Source: Acidobacteriota bacterium (GTDB taxonomy: Bacteria > Acidobacteriota > UBA6911). Taken from it: DNA of 64,000 nucleotides. The notes under the pieces are model-generated. The model saw nothing but the letters and a program-made list of their open reading frames with translations, was not told where the DNA came from and made no database searches. Positions 56,051 through 64,000 of this stretch are shown here, piece by piece. How positions within the stretch are numbered: the first letter of the stretch is position 1; the number at the start of each line of letters is the position of its first letter. Position numbers and translations under genes: made by a program. Location: the NCBI GenBank assembly GCA_037444305.1, contig JBBIMP010000018.1:1-64000 (forward strand), read 5' to 3'.

Positions 56051-56818
56051 ATGCAAAACATACTGGCCATCTGGCAGCGTGAAATGAAGTCTTACTTCGT
56101 TTCTCCCATTGCCTACGTGGTGCTGACGGTCTTTCTGTTCCTGTCCGGCGTGTTCTTCTTCTCCATGCTCACCGCCGTGGTGCAGTCTACCATGATGCAG
56201 GGCTTCGGCCAGGGTGCGCAGCCCGTGGACGTTCCAGGGATCGTCAGCCGGAGTTTTTTCGGGACGACCAGCGTGGTGCTGCTTTTCATGATCCCCATGC
56301 TCACTATGGGGCTCTTCGCCGAGGAGAAGCGGCGGGGCACCATCGAGCTGCTCCGGACCACGCCCGTGGGCAACTTCCAGGCCATGATGGGGAAATACCT
56401 GGCCGGCGTCACCTTCCTGCTCGTGATGTTCTGCGCCAGCGGCCTGACGATGTCCGCGCTGTTCATCTACGGGCAGCCCGACCTGAAGCCGATCCTGGGA
56501 GGCTACCTGGGCCTCTTCCTGTACGGCGCCGCCCTGCTCGCGCTGGGTCTATTCATCTCCACCCTGACGGAAAACCAGATCGTCTCGGTCGTGATCACCT
56601 TCGGCGCCATCCTGATCCTGTGGCTCATCGAGGCCCTCGCGGGCGGGGCCGAGGGGGTTACGAGGGACGTTTTGAGCTACCTCTCGGTGATCGGGCACCT
56701 CGACGATTTCATCAAGGGTGTCATCGACACTTCGCACGTGGTTTTTTACCTGACCTTCGCCTTCGTTGGTCTGTTCCTGACTTATCGCTCGCTTGAATCC
56801 ATGCGGTGGAAAAGCTGA
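56051..56818 (+). CDS. ABC-2 type permease (GldF-like)
   Basis: MQNILAIWQREMKSYFVSPIAYVVLTVFLF... with six TM helices, typical of the ABC-2 GldF family. The listed upstream extension is out of context. Confidence 0.75.
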   Translation: MQNILAIWQREMKSYFVSPIAYVVLTVFLFLSGVFFFSMLTAVVQSTMMQGFGQGAQPVDVPGIVSRSFFGTTSVVLLFMIPMLTMGLFAEEKRRGTIELLRTTPVGNFQAMMGKYLAGVTFLLVMFCASGLTMSALFIYGQPDLKPILGGYLGLFLYGAALLALGLFISTLTENQIVSVVITFGAILILWLIEALAGGAEGVTRDVLSYLSVIGHLDDFIKGVIDTSHVVFYLTFAFVGLFLTYRSLESMRWKS

Positions 56819-58401
56819 TGAACAAGATACTTCAGAAACTCGATACGGTGGGGTTGCTGGTGCTCGTGGCCGGGGCCCTCCGCTACACCGTAACCAACGT
56901 CTGGGACCGGTGGACGCTGGCGCTGTTTATCGCGGGCAGCGTCCTGGTGGTTGCCGGGATTGCCGCCAACTACCGGCAGATCATGACGGCCCTGGGGAAA
57001 CGGTCGACGAAATACGCCACCAACTACGTGGTCTCCGTGATCCTGGTCATCGCGCTGGTGTCGGGGCTCAACTTCCTGGGGAAGCGGCACGCCAAGAGGT
57101 TCGACCTGACCGCAGGCGGCCAGTACAGCCTCGCGCCTCAGACCCTCCAGGTCCTCGACCAGCTCGTGGACGACCTCGAGATCAAGGCGTTCTTCCCCGG
57201 CGGCTCCTACCCTCCGCTCGAACAGCTGCTGACGGAATACCGGACGCGCAATCGCCGGCTGCAGTTCGAATTCATCGACCCCGACAAGAGGCCCGACACC
57301 GCGGCCCAGTTCGGCGTGACGGTTTACGGGACCTTCACCAATCCCTTTACAGGCACATCCCTGAAGTCGGGGACCGCGGTCCTGTTCTACGGGGAACGCC
57401 AGGAGAAGATCGAGAAGAGGTCGGAGGAAATCCGGGAGGAGGACATCACCAACGCCATCATAAAGGTCCAGCGCCAGGAGTCCAAGAAGATCTATTTTGT
57501 TCTCGGGCATGGGGAAAAGGACCCGGGCGTGAGCGACCGCGGCGGGTATGCGGCCGCCAAGAAGGCGCTCGAGGAGCAGGGCTACGAAGTGGGGACGGTC
57601 AACCTCGTGAGCCAGGGAGGCGTCCCTCCCGATGCGCGGGTCCTGGTAATGGCCGGGCCCACGGCGGAGCCGTTCGAGCAGGAACTGGAGTTCATGGACA
57701 CCTTTCTGAAATCGGGCGGCGGCCTGCTGCTGATGGTGGATCCATCGCCGGCGGCGTCCCTCTCCCCGTTTCTGAAGGCCTGGGGGGTGGTGCCCCACGA
57801 GGACGTGGTCCTGGACGTGAGCGGGGCAGGCCGGCTGATGGGAGCCGGACCAAGCATCCCGCTGGTAATGCAGTACGAGGGGCACAGGATCACGGACAGA
57901 TTCAACCAGATGACCTATTTCCCTTACGCCCGCTCCCTGGAAATCGCCGGCGACAAGCCGGAGGGCATCAGCATAGAACCGGTCCTCAAGGCCAATCCCA
58001 ACAGCTGGGGCGAGACCGACCTGAAGAGCTCCGAGGCGAATTTCGACGAAAAGTCCGACATCCAGGGCCCGCTGAACCTCGCCCTTGCCGTCAGCCGTGA
58101 GCCGAAGGCGCCGGCCGAGGGCGGCTCGCCGCCCACGGCGCGCATGGTGGTGGTGGGAGATTCTGATTTTGCCGCCGTGCCCTCATTCCAGTCCCAGGGG
58201 AACGGGAATCTGTTTCTCAACATGGTCAGCTGGCTGAGCCAGGACGAAGGCCTGATCTCCATCAGGCCGAAGTCCCCCCAGGACCGGCGCGTGGTGCTCA
58301 CGCAGAGCCAGCAGAGCTTGCTGAGGATTATCACGGTATTCCTGCTGCCGGGGGCCGTGCTGGCCGCGGGCATCATCGTCTGGGCCAGGCGGAGGAGATA
58401 G
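56806..58401 (+). CDS. GldG-like ABC-system auxiliary protein
   Basis: N- and C-terminal TM anchors flank a large periplasmic domain (..FDLTAGGQYSL..), with the conserved position after the GldA/F-like genes. Confidence 0.7.
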   Translation: MEKLMNKILQKLDTVGLLVLVAGALRYTVTNVWDRWTLALFIAGSVLVVAGIAANYRQIMTALGKRSTKYATNYVVSVILVIALVSGLNFLGKRHAKRFDLTAGGQYSLAPQTLQVLDQLVDDLEIKAFFPGGSYPPLEQLLTEYRTRNRRLQFEFIDPDKRPDTAAQFGVTVYGTFTNPFTGTSLKSGTAVLFYGERQEKIEKRSEEIREEDITNAIIKVQRQESKKIYFVLGHGEKDPGVSDRGGYAAAKKALEEQGYEVGTVNLVSQGGVPPDARVLVMAGPTAEPFEQELEFMDTFLKSGGGLLLMVDPSPAASLSPFLKAWGVVPHEDVVLDVSGAGRLMGAGPSIPLVMQYEGHRITDRFNQMTYFPYARSLEIAGDKPEGISIEPVLKANPNSWGETDLKSSEANFDEKSDIQGPLNLALAVSREPKAPAEGGSPPTARMVVVGDSDFAAVPSFQSQGNGNLFLNMVSWLSQDEGLISIRPKSPQDRRVVLTQSQQSLLRIITVFLLPGAVLAAGIIVWARRRR

Positions 58402-59856
58402 ATGCGCTTCCAGGGAACACTCGTTCTGTTCGCGCTTTGCCTCGGGCTGGGAGCCTTCCTTTATTTCTATGAGTACAGGGGAGGCGCGGAGCGGGAAAAA
58501 GCGAAAGAGGAGGAAAACAGGCTCTGGAACGTCGACGCCGGCGACATCCGGCAGCTGGAGTTGACGTCCGCCGGGGAGACTCTGACCCTGGATCGTGTGG
58601 ACGACAAGGGCTGGATCATCTCCGCGCCGCGCCGGCTTTCGGCGGACGGGGACGAAGCGGACCGGATCGCCTCCGCCGCCGCCGGAATCCGCCGCGAAGC
58701 AACGGTCGAGGCAGAAGCCTCCGACCTGTCCAGGTACGGCCTGGAGCCGCCCGAGCAGGTGCTCCGGTTTGCAACCCAGGACGGAAAGCGGCATGCCATA
58801 AGATTCGGCGGCAAAAACCCAGCGGGCAGTTCCACATACGCCGTCCTGGAGGAGGGCAAGGAGGTCTTCCTGGTCGGGGGCCATGTGGCCGGCGGCTTCG
58901 CCAAGAAGCTGGACGACTTCAGGAACCGCGCGGTGCTGAACTTCGATCAATACGACACCCACATGCTGGAGATCCGGAGCGCCAAAGGCACTCTGAAGCT
59001 CGCCAAGGAAGGCGACCGCTGGTGGCTGGAGGGCGACCAGCGGCACGCGGCGGAGACTTCGCAGGTGGCGTCCATGCTGGGCGCGTTGGCGAACGGGCGC
59101 GTCGAGGAGTTTTTCGAGGAGAACCCGGCGGCCTATCCCGATCTTGGTTTCGCTGCCCCGTTGCTGCAGGTGAAGCTCGCCGTGGGGAAAGACCGCGCCT
59201 TCAAGCAGCTGGCCGTGGGCCTGGAAAAGACGAAACTGCAGCGGCCGGCCGGCCGACCCGCGCAAGGGCAGCCGGGCAAGGAGACCGAGGGCACAGCCGA
59301 AGCCGGAAGGGAGGTTTTCCTGGCGAGAGACGCTTCGCGAGAGGAGCTGTTTTTCGTAAGCCGCGAACTGGTGGACCAGCTCTCCAAAACGGTCGAGGAA
59401 CTGAGGGACAAATCGCTTGCGCTGTTTCAGCGCTGGGAGATCGATGAGGTCGTCCTCTCCAACTCGACGGGGACGGTGAAATTCGCGAAATCGGAAACGG
59501 GTGCCGACTGGCTTGTCGGGGAACAGCGGAAGAAGGCGCGCTGGGATGCCGTCAGCGGGATCCTCGACCTGCTGCAGAAGCCCGTGTTGCGCTTCATCGA
59601 CCGGCCGGAAGAACCGGCGGCCTACGGGCTCGAGAAGCCTGCGGCCCGCGTCGTCCTGAAGAAGGCAGGCGTGGTGCAGGCCGATCTTTCCCTCGGCAGG
59701 AGGACCGGCGAAGGCGTCTATGCCCGGCTCGAGGGCGAGCGGACGGTAAGGGTGGCCGCGGCCGAGGTCCTGGAGGGGCTGAGCCGCGGCGAAGCGGAGT
59801 TTTTGGAGCCCGAAGCCGAGACCGAAAAAAAGGAGGCCGGCCCGGCAAAGAAGTGA
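58402..59856 (+). CDS. DUF4340-like protein (commonly follows GldG-like genes)
   Basis: N-terminal TM anchor and repeated beta-rich modules, with the typical operon position. Confidence 0.55.
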   Translation: MRFQGTLVLFALCLGLGAFLYFYEYRGGAEREKAKEEENRLWNVDAGDIRQLELTSAGETLTLDRVDDKGWIISAPRRLSADGDEADRIASAAAGIRREATVEAEASDLSRYGLEPPEQVLRFATQDGKRHAIRFGGKNPAGSSTYAVLEEGKEVFLVGGHVAGGFAKKLDDFRNRAVLNFDQYDTHMLEIRSAKGTLKLAKEGDRWWLEGDQRHAAETSQVASMLGALANGRVEEFFEENPAAYPDLGFAAPLLQVKLAVGKDRAFKQLAVGLEKTKLQRPAGRPAQGQPGKETEGTAEAGREVFLARDASREELFFVSRELVDQLSKTVEELRDKSLALFQRWEIDEVVLSNSTGTVKFAKSETGADWLVGEQRKKARWDAVSGILDLLQKPVLRFIDRPEEPAAYGLEKPAARVVLKKAGVVQADLSLGRRTGEGVYARLEGERTVRVAAAEVLEGLSRGEAEFLEPEAETEKKEAGPAKK

Positions 59857-59989
59857 CCGGCGGAAGGTGCGCCGGGGTTATACTGTCGCCGGTGTGACGG
59901 GAAGGGGCGCAGAGCCGGCCGGTGAGAGCAGCCGGCGGAAAGCCGCGGCGAAGCGGGCGAGGGCGCTGAACCCCACCGGAAGTCCCGCC

Positions 59990-60018
59990 TTGATCTGACA
60001 GGCCGATTTGGGTATACT
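59990..60018 (+). promoter_or_regulatory. Candidate sigma70 promoter of the rimP-nusA-infB operon
   Basis: TTGATC (59990-59995), a 17-nt spacer, then TATACT (60013-60018). Confidence 0.45.
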
Positions 60019-60044
60019 TCCTCGGCTAGCTTGTAGAGTGGAAA

Positions 60045-60072
60045 GTGGGCGGGCGCCCACTTTTTTATTTTT
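60045..60072 (+). terminator. Intrinsic terminator/attenuator hairpin in the rimP leader
   Basis: GTGGGCG-GG-CGCCCAC followed by TTTTTTATTTTT. It lies between the candidate promoter and the rimP ATG (60083). Confidence 0.6.
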
Positions 60073-60082
60073 GGGGTCAAGA

Positions 60083-60568
60083 ATGGCCCAGCAAGAGGAA
60101 ACGAAGCAGCGGGAAGCTCTCGAAGCGAAGATATCCATTCTGGCCGAAAAACTCGCCGCCTCGATGGGAATGGAAGTTGTCCTGGTCGAGGTCAGAGGCA
60201 GCGGCAGCCGCACGATCGTTCGAACATTTATTGACCAGCCCGGCGGAATCTCGCTGGATGATTGCGGGAGCTTCAGCAGGCGCTTTTCGGTGCTGCTGGA
60301 TGTGGAGGACTGGATTCAGCACGGCTACACGCTCGAGGTCTCGTCGCCCGGGCTGGACCGCCCCCTGGCGAAAGAGGAAGACTTCCGGCGTTTTTCGGGC
60401 AAGGGGATTAAGATCCGGACACGCGCTCCCCTCCAGGGACAGAGGAATTTCAAGGGGAGGATCCTGGGGGTTGATGGGGGACGCGTGCGTGTGGAACTGG
60501 CGCCGGGAAGGCAGGTAGAAATCGCTCTGCCGGACATCGAGAAGGCAAATCTCCTCATAGAGATATAG
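60083..60568 (+). CDS. rimP: Ribosome maturation factor RimP
   Basis: MAQQEETKQREALEAKISILAEKLAASMGMEVVLVEV...SSPGLDRP (conserved RimP core). Confidence 0.85.
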   Translation: MAQQEETKQREALEAKISILAEKLAASMGMEVVLVEVRGSGSRTIVRTFIDQPGGISLDDCGSFSRRFSVLLDVEDWIQHGYTLEVSSPGLDRPLAKEEDFRRFSGKGIKIRTRAPLQGQRNFKGRILGVDGGRVRVELAPGRQVEIALPDIEKANLLIEI

Positions 60569-60592
60569 GCCGGCCAGGCCAAGGAATGAATC

Positions 60593-62074
60593 ATGACGAA
60601 CATCATTGCCCAGACCATCAGTCAGATCAGCAAAGAGAAAAACATCGATTCGAAGATCATCATCACCGCGCTGGAAGACGCGATGGTGGCCGCAGCGCGC
60701 AAGTATTACAAGACCAACGAGGAGATCGGGGCGCGCTTTGATCCCGAGACAGGTCTGGTGGAGATCTTTGCCATCAAGCGGATCGTCGAGACGGTCGAGA
60801 ATCCGCTGCTGGAGATGTCGCTCGCAGAGGCAAAGGACGTGGACGAGACGCTGGAGGTGGACGACACGGTCGAGATCCCGAAGCCGCTGGACGTCCTGGG
60901 CAGGATCGCGGCACAGACCGCCAAGCAGGTGATCCTGCAGAAAGTGCGCGAGGCGGAGCGGCAGAACATATACGACGAATACTCCGAAAAGATCGGGGAG
61001 ATGATCAACGGGGTGGTGAAGCGGTTCGAGGGTCCCGACATGATCATCGACATCGGCAAGACCGAGGCGCTGCTCCCCTGGCGGGAACAGTCGCGGGCGG
61101 AGGCCTACAAGCAGGGCGAGCGGATAAGGGCGGTCATCGTGAAAGTGCTCCCGGTCGCCAAGGGGCCGCAGGTGATTCTCTCGCGGACGGATCCGCAGAT
61201 TCTCGTCCGGCTCTTCGAAATGGAGATCCCCGAAATCTACGACGGCACGATCGTGGTCAAGAGCGCGGTCCACGAGGCCGGGGACCGCGCCAAGGTGGCT
61301 GTGGCCTCGCTGGACCGCGACGTGGATCCGGTGGGCGCCTGCGTGGGGATCAAGGGTTCCAGGATCAACTCCGTCATCCGCGAGCTGCGGGGAGAGAAAA
61401 TCGACATTGTCCAGTGGTCGGATGACCCTGCCCAGTATGCCGCCAATGCGCTGAATCCGGCGAAGGTTTCCAAGGTCCTGATTCTCGATCCGATCGAAAA
61501 ACGGATGGAAGTGATCGTGGAGGAGAAGCAGCAATCGCTCGCCATCGGCAAGAAGGGTCAAAATGTCCGGCTGGCCTCGAAACTGATCGGATGGCAGATC
61601 GACATCAAGAGCGAAGAGCAGAAGCGCATGGAGGTGCTCAGCATCATGGAGTCGCTGACGTCTTCGTCCACGGCCCTGAGCGAGCTGGAAGGGCTCAGCG
61701 AAAAGCTCATCGAGAAGCTGGCAAATGAAGGGATTGCAAATGTCGAGCAGATTCTCGAAATGGGCGAGGAGAAGCTGAAGGAAATCCAGGGCATCGGCGA
61801 CAAGACCGCCGCGAAGATCATGGAGGCGGCGCGGGATCTTTACGAGGAGGTCGAGATCGAAGTTCCGGAAGGGGTGGAGTTGCCCACGGCGATAGGGCCG
61901 ATCACGGCGGCGCCGGAGGAGCCGGCGGCGCCAGAACCCGACGCGGCACCGGAAGAGCCGGCTACGGCTGCGCCCCTGGAGTCGATGGAAGAAACCGGCG
62001 AGGCTGACGAAGCACCCCAGGCCGGCGAGGTTGCGAGCCCGGAGGAGGAAAAGCCTGCGGAGGACATGCGGTAG
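60593..62074 (+). CDS. nusA: Transcription termination/antitermination factor NusA
   Basis: N-terminal domain, S1 (..VVKRFEGPDMIIDIGKTEALLP..), KH1/KH2 (..GACVGIKGSRINSVIRELRGEKIDIV.. and ..AIGKKGQNVRLASKLIGWQIDI..) and a C-terminal acidic repeat region. Confidence 0.95.
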   Translation: MTNIIAQTISQISKEKNIDSKIIITALEDAMVAAARKYYKTNEEIGARFDPETGLVEIFAIKRIVETVENPLLEMSLAEAKDVDETLEVDDTVEIPKPLDVLGRIAAQTAKQVILQKVREAERQNIYDEYSEKIGEMINGVVKRFEGPDMIIDIGKTEALLPWREQSRAEAYKQGERIRAVIVKVLPVAKGPQVILSRTDPQILVRLFEMEIPEIYDGTIVVKSAVHEAGDRAKVAVASLDRDVDPVGACVGIKGSRINSVIRELRGEKIDIVQWSDDPAQYAANALNPAKVSKVLILDPIEKRMEVIVEEKQQSLAIGKKGQNVRLASKLIGWQIDIKSEEQKRMEVLSIMESLTSSSTALSELEGLSEKLIEKLANEGIANVEQILEMGEEKLKEIQGIGDKTAAKIMEAARDLYEEVEIEVPEGVELPTAIGPITAAPEEPAAPEPDAAPEEPATAAPLESMEETGEADEAPQAGEVASPEEEKPAEDMR

Positions 62075-62277
62075 CAGCGCGTACCGCAGCGGCAATTCCG
62101 GCAGGCGCGTCTCCGCGGGAATGGCGCCGCAGATCGGGGGAAATCGGCGGGTATCTCCCACAGCGCGCCTGCGGGCGCGCGGCAGGGCCGGTTGAAAACC
62201 GGCGCGGAGTTGATTTAACATTTGCGGTTGACCTGTCCATTGGGTGACAGGAAACCGTTTAGGGGCAAGTTGCACTA

Positions 62278-64000
62278 ATGGAAAAAATTACGGTCGCGGA
62301 CCTGGCAACAGAATGTTCCGTTCAGAGCAAGGTTATCCTCGGCGAGCTGAAGAGGCTGGGACTGTACGTTTTTTCAGCTTCTGCGCCGATCGACGTCAGT
62401 TTCGCCGAGACCATCAGGAAGAAGATCCAGGCGCAGCGCGACCAGGAGCAGGCCATGCTGGCCGAGGCCGAGAAGAAGGAGGCCGAAGCCGCCAAGAAAG
62501 CCGCCAAGAAGGCGGGCAAAGCTGCGGCCGCAAAGGCGGCGGTCGAAGAGAAAGAGGAGAAAAAGGAGAAGAAGGCCGCCACACCCGGGGTGGTCAAGAA
62601 GAAGGCGGCGGCCAAGGAGGAAAAGCCCGCGGCCAAGGCAGCGGCTCCCCGGAAGCGCAAGGCGGCAGCCAAGCCTGAACCCGAGCCCGTGGAGACTCCC
62701 GCGGCCCCTGCAATGGTGCCCCGAAAGGGCCGTTACCACTACAATCCCGAGACCGAGCAACTCGAAGGGATCGACCTCGAAGCTCCCAAGCCGGAGGCGC
62801 CGGCTCTGGCGGAGGTGGCGCAGGAGATTATGGTCGAAGCGGCAGAAGCAGTCCCGGAGGCGCCGGAGGAAGTCGCCGCTCCCGAGGAGGTCGCCGCTCC
62901 CGGGGCCCTCGAAGCACCCGCGGAGGAACCTGTTGTCGCAGCGGGGGCGGAACCGCCGGCGGCCCCGGCTGACATCGAGGAGAAGCGCGTCCCCGCTCCC
63001 GGCACGGTCGCCAAGAAGATCGTCGTGCGCAAGACGCGCAGCAAGATCCTGATGCGCACCAGCGCCGACGCGCCGACGCCGGCCGATGCCGTGCGCATGC
63101 TCAAGACGCTCAAGGAGGACAAGGCGGCCGGTGTACGCTTCCCCGCCCCGCCGCGGCACCTGAAGCGCAAAGGCGCGAAGCCTGCCGTACAGGAACGTGT
63201 CGTCAAGATTCCGGATCTGCCGAAGCCCCCCGCCTCGCCCGAGGATTTCAAGCCCATCTCGATCACCGAGGGCGTCACCCTCAAGGAGCTCGCCGAGAAA
63301 ATGGAGATCAAGTCGAAGTACATCATCCAGAGGCTGATCTCCAAGGGCATCCTCGCCTCCATCAACCAGACGCTCGACGTGGATGTGGCCAAGGAGGTCT
63401 GCGCGGAATTCGGGTTCCGGGCCGAGGTGATCAGTTTCGAGCAGGAGGCCGAGGCCCAGCAGCATGTCGAGGACAAGGTCGAGGACTACGAAACGCGCCC
63501 GCCGGTCGTCACCATCATGGGGCACGTGGACCATGGGAAGACTTCGCTGCTGGACGCGATCCGCGAAACCAACGTCACCGCCTCGGAGGCCGGGGGTATC
63601 ACCCAGCACATCGGCGCCTACAACGTCGGCATCCACAACCGCAAAATCGTGTTCCTGGACACGCCGGGCCATGAAGCCTTCACCCTCATGCGCGCCCGAG
63701 GCGCCCAGGTGACCGATATCGTAGTGCTCGTCGTCGCCGCCGACGACGGCGTGATGCCGCAGACTGTGGAGGCGATCCACCACGCGCGGGCCGCCAACGT
63801 GCCCATCGTCGTGGCCATCAACAAGATCGACAAGCCGGAGGCGCAGATCGACAAGGTCAAGCAGGCGCTGGCGGACCGGGGACTGCTGGCCGAGGATTGG
63901 GGCGGAGACACGGTCACGGTGCCGGTGTCGGCCAAAAAGCGGAACAACCTCGACCTGCTCCTGGAGATGATCCTGCTCGTGGCCGACATGAAGGAACTCA
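62278..64000 (+). CDS. infB: Translation initiation factor IF-2 (5' partial; continues beyond the window)
   Basis: [29 protein letters not shown] (IF2_N), then a long Ala/Lys/Glu-rich linker, then the G-domain: [24 protein letters not shown] (G1), DTPGHEAF (G3), NKIDK (G4). Confidence 0.9.
   Translation, partial: MEKITVADLATECSVQSKVILGELKRLGLYVFSASAPIDVSFAETIRKKIQAQRDQEQAMLAEAEKKEAEAAKKAAKKAGKAAAAKAAVEEKEEKKEKKAATPGVVKKKAAAKEEKPAAKAAAPRKRKAAAKPEPEPVETPAAPAMVPRKGRYHYNPETEQLEGIDLEAPKPEAPALAEVAQEIMVEAAEAVPEAPEEVAAPEEVAAPGALEAPAEEPVVAAGAEPPAAPADIEEKRVPAPGTVAKKIVVRKTRSKILMRTSADAPTPADAVRMLKTLKEDKAAGVRFPAPPRHLKRKGAKPAVQERVVKIPDLPKPPASPEDFKPISITEGVTLKELAEKMEIKSKYIIQRLISKGILASINQTLDVDVAKEVCAEFGFRAEVISFEQEAEAQQHVEDKVEDYETRPPVVTIMGHVDHGKTSLLDAIRETNVTASEAGGITQHIGAYNVGIHNRKIVFLDTPGHEAFTLMRARGAQVTDIVVLVVAADDGVMPQTVEAIHHARAANVPIVVAINKIDKPEAQIDKVKQALADRGLLAEDWGGDTVTVPVSAKKRNNLDLLLEMILLVADMKEL

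Noticed and set aside
60077-62275. 732-aa minus-strand ORF
   Set aside because: It is antisense to rimP and nusA, both of which have unmistakable protein signatures. Its Arg/Leu/Gly-rich, low-complexity translation is typical of GC-rich antisense frames.
62374-63989. Minus-strand ORFs of 469, 245 and 123 aa
   Set aside because: They are antisense to infB, whose IF2_N, linker and G-domain motifs are clear on the plus strand. Their composition is Arg/Gly/Ser-rich noise.
1-64000. CRISPR arrays and rRNA genes
   Set aside because: No regularly spaced 25-40 bp direct repeats with unique spacers were seen, and no stretch resembling 16S, 23S or 5S conserved regions.

Overview
The window is a high-GC (about 65%) chromosomal segment from a Gram-negative bacterium, most likely Acidobacteriota-like. 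Supporting this: an ECF sigma paired with a Ser/Thr kinase, GldA/F/G-like ABC components with a DUF4340 protein, DUF5916/CBM9 outer-membrane proteins, and a Sel1 lipoprotein. The left ~8 kb is an accessory island rich in defence and mobile-element genes, ending at rlmN. In order it holds: a partial SLOG-like Rossmann protein; a frameshifted ComF-type phosphoribosyltransferase; a hicBA toxin-antitoxin pair; a large XRE-HTH::DUF1156 N6-adenine DNA methyltransferase with a near-consensus promoter and a palindromic operator; a convergent, frameshifted PD-(D/E)xK-like ORF pair that may be the cognate nuclease; an integron integrase (IntI) carrying the diagnostic IntI-specific insertion; and a vapBC cassette-like pair. 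Further right: a fragmented DUF5916 outer-membrane protein gene; a 1111-aa Cas4-like nuclease / RNase H-like / SF1-helicase fusion (TM0106 family, Nhi-like) that is a single-gene candidate defence; an ApbE / FMN-binding / 4-TM membrane protein / porin cluster suggesting extracytoplasmic flavinylation; an M14 carboxypeptidase; cysK preceded by a 740-bp ORF-free region; and an AT-rich, apparently horizontally acquired islet. That islet contains an IS21 istA fragment, a 31-bp inverted-repeat element, and a DUF4258 toxin-like gene paired with an unknown 244-aa protein. The core of the window is housekeeping: SPFH protein, dodecin, ECF sigma with Ser/Thr kinase, alanine:Na+ symporter, an APH-fold kinase with two tandem phosphohexomutases, nth, decayed glycosyltransferase and glycerate-kinase fragments, an HD-GYP response regulator, a GAF histidine kinase with its response regulator, a glycogen cluster (GH57, GalT-like, GlgA), hup, rpoD, the gliding-type ABC system, and rimP-nusA-infB. 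No rRNA, tRNA or CRISPR array was recognised. Several genes are split by frameshifts; these could be real pseudogenes or assembly errors.
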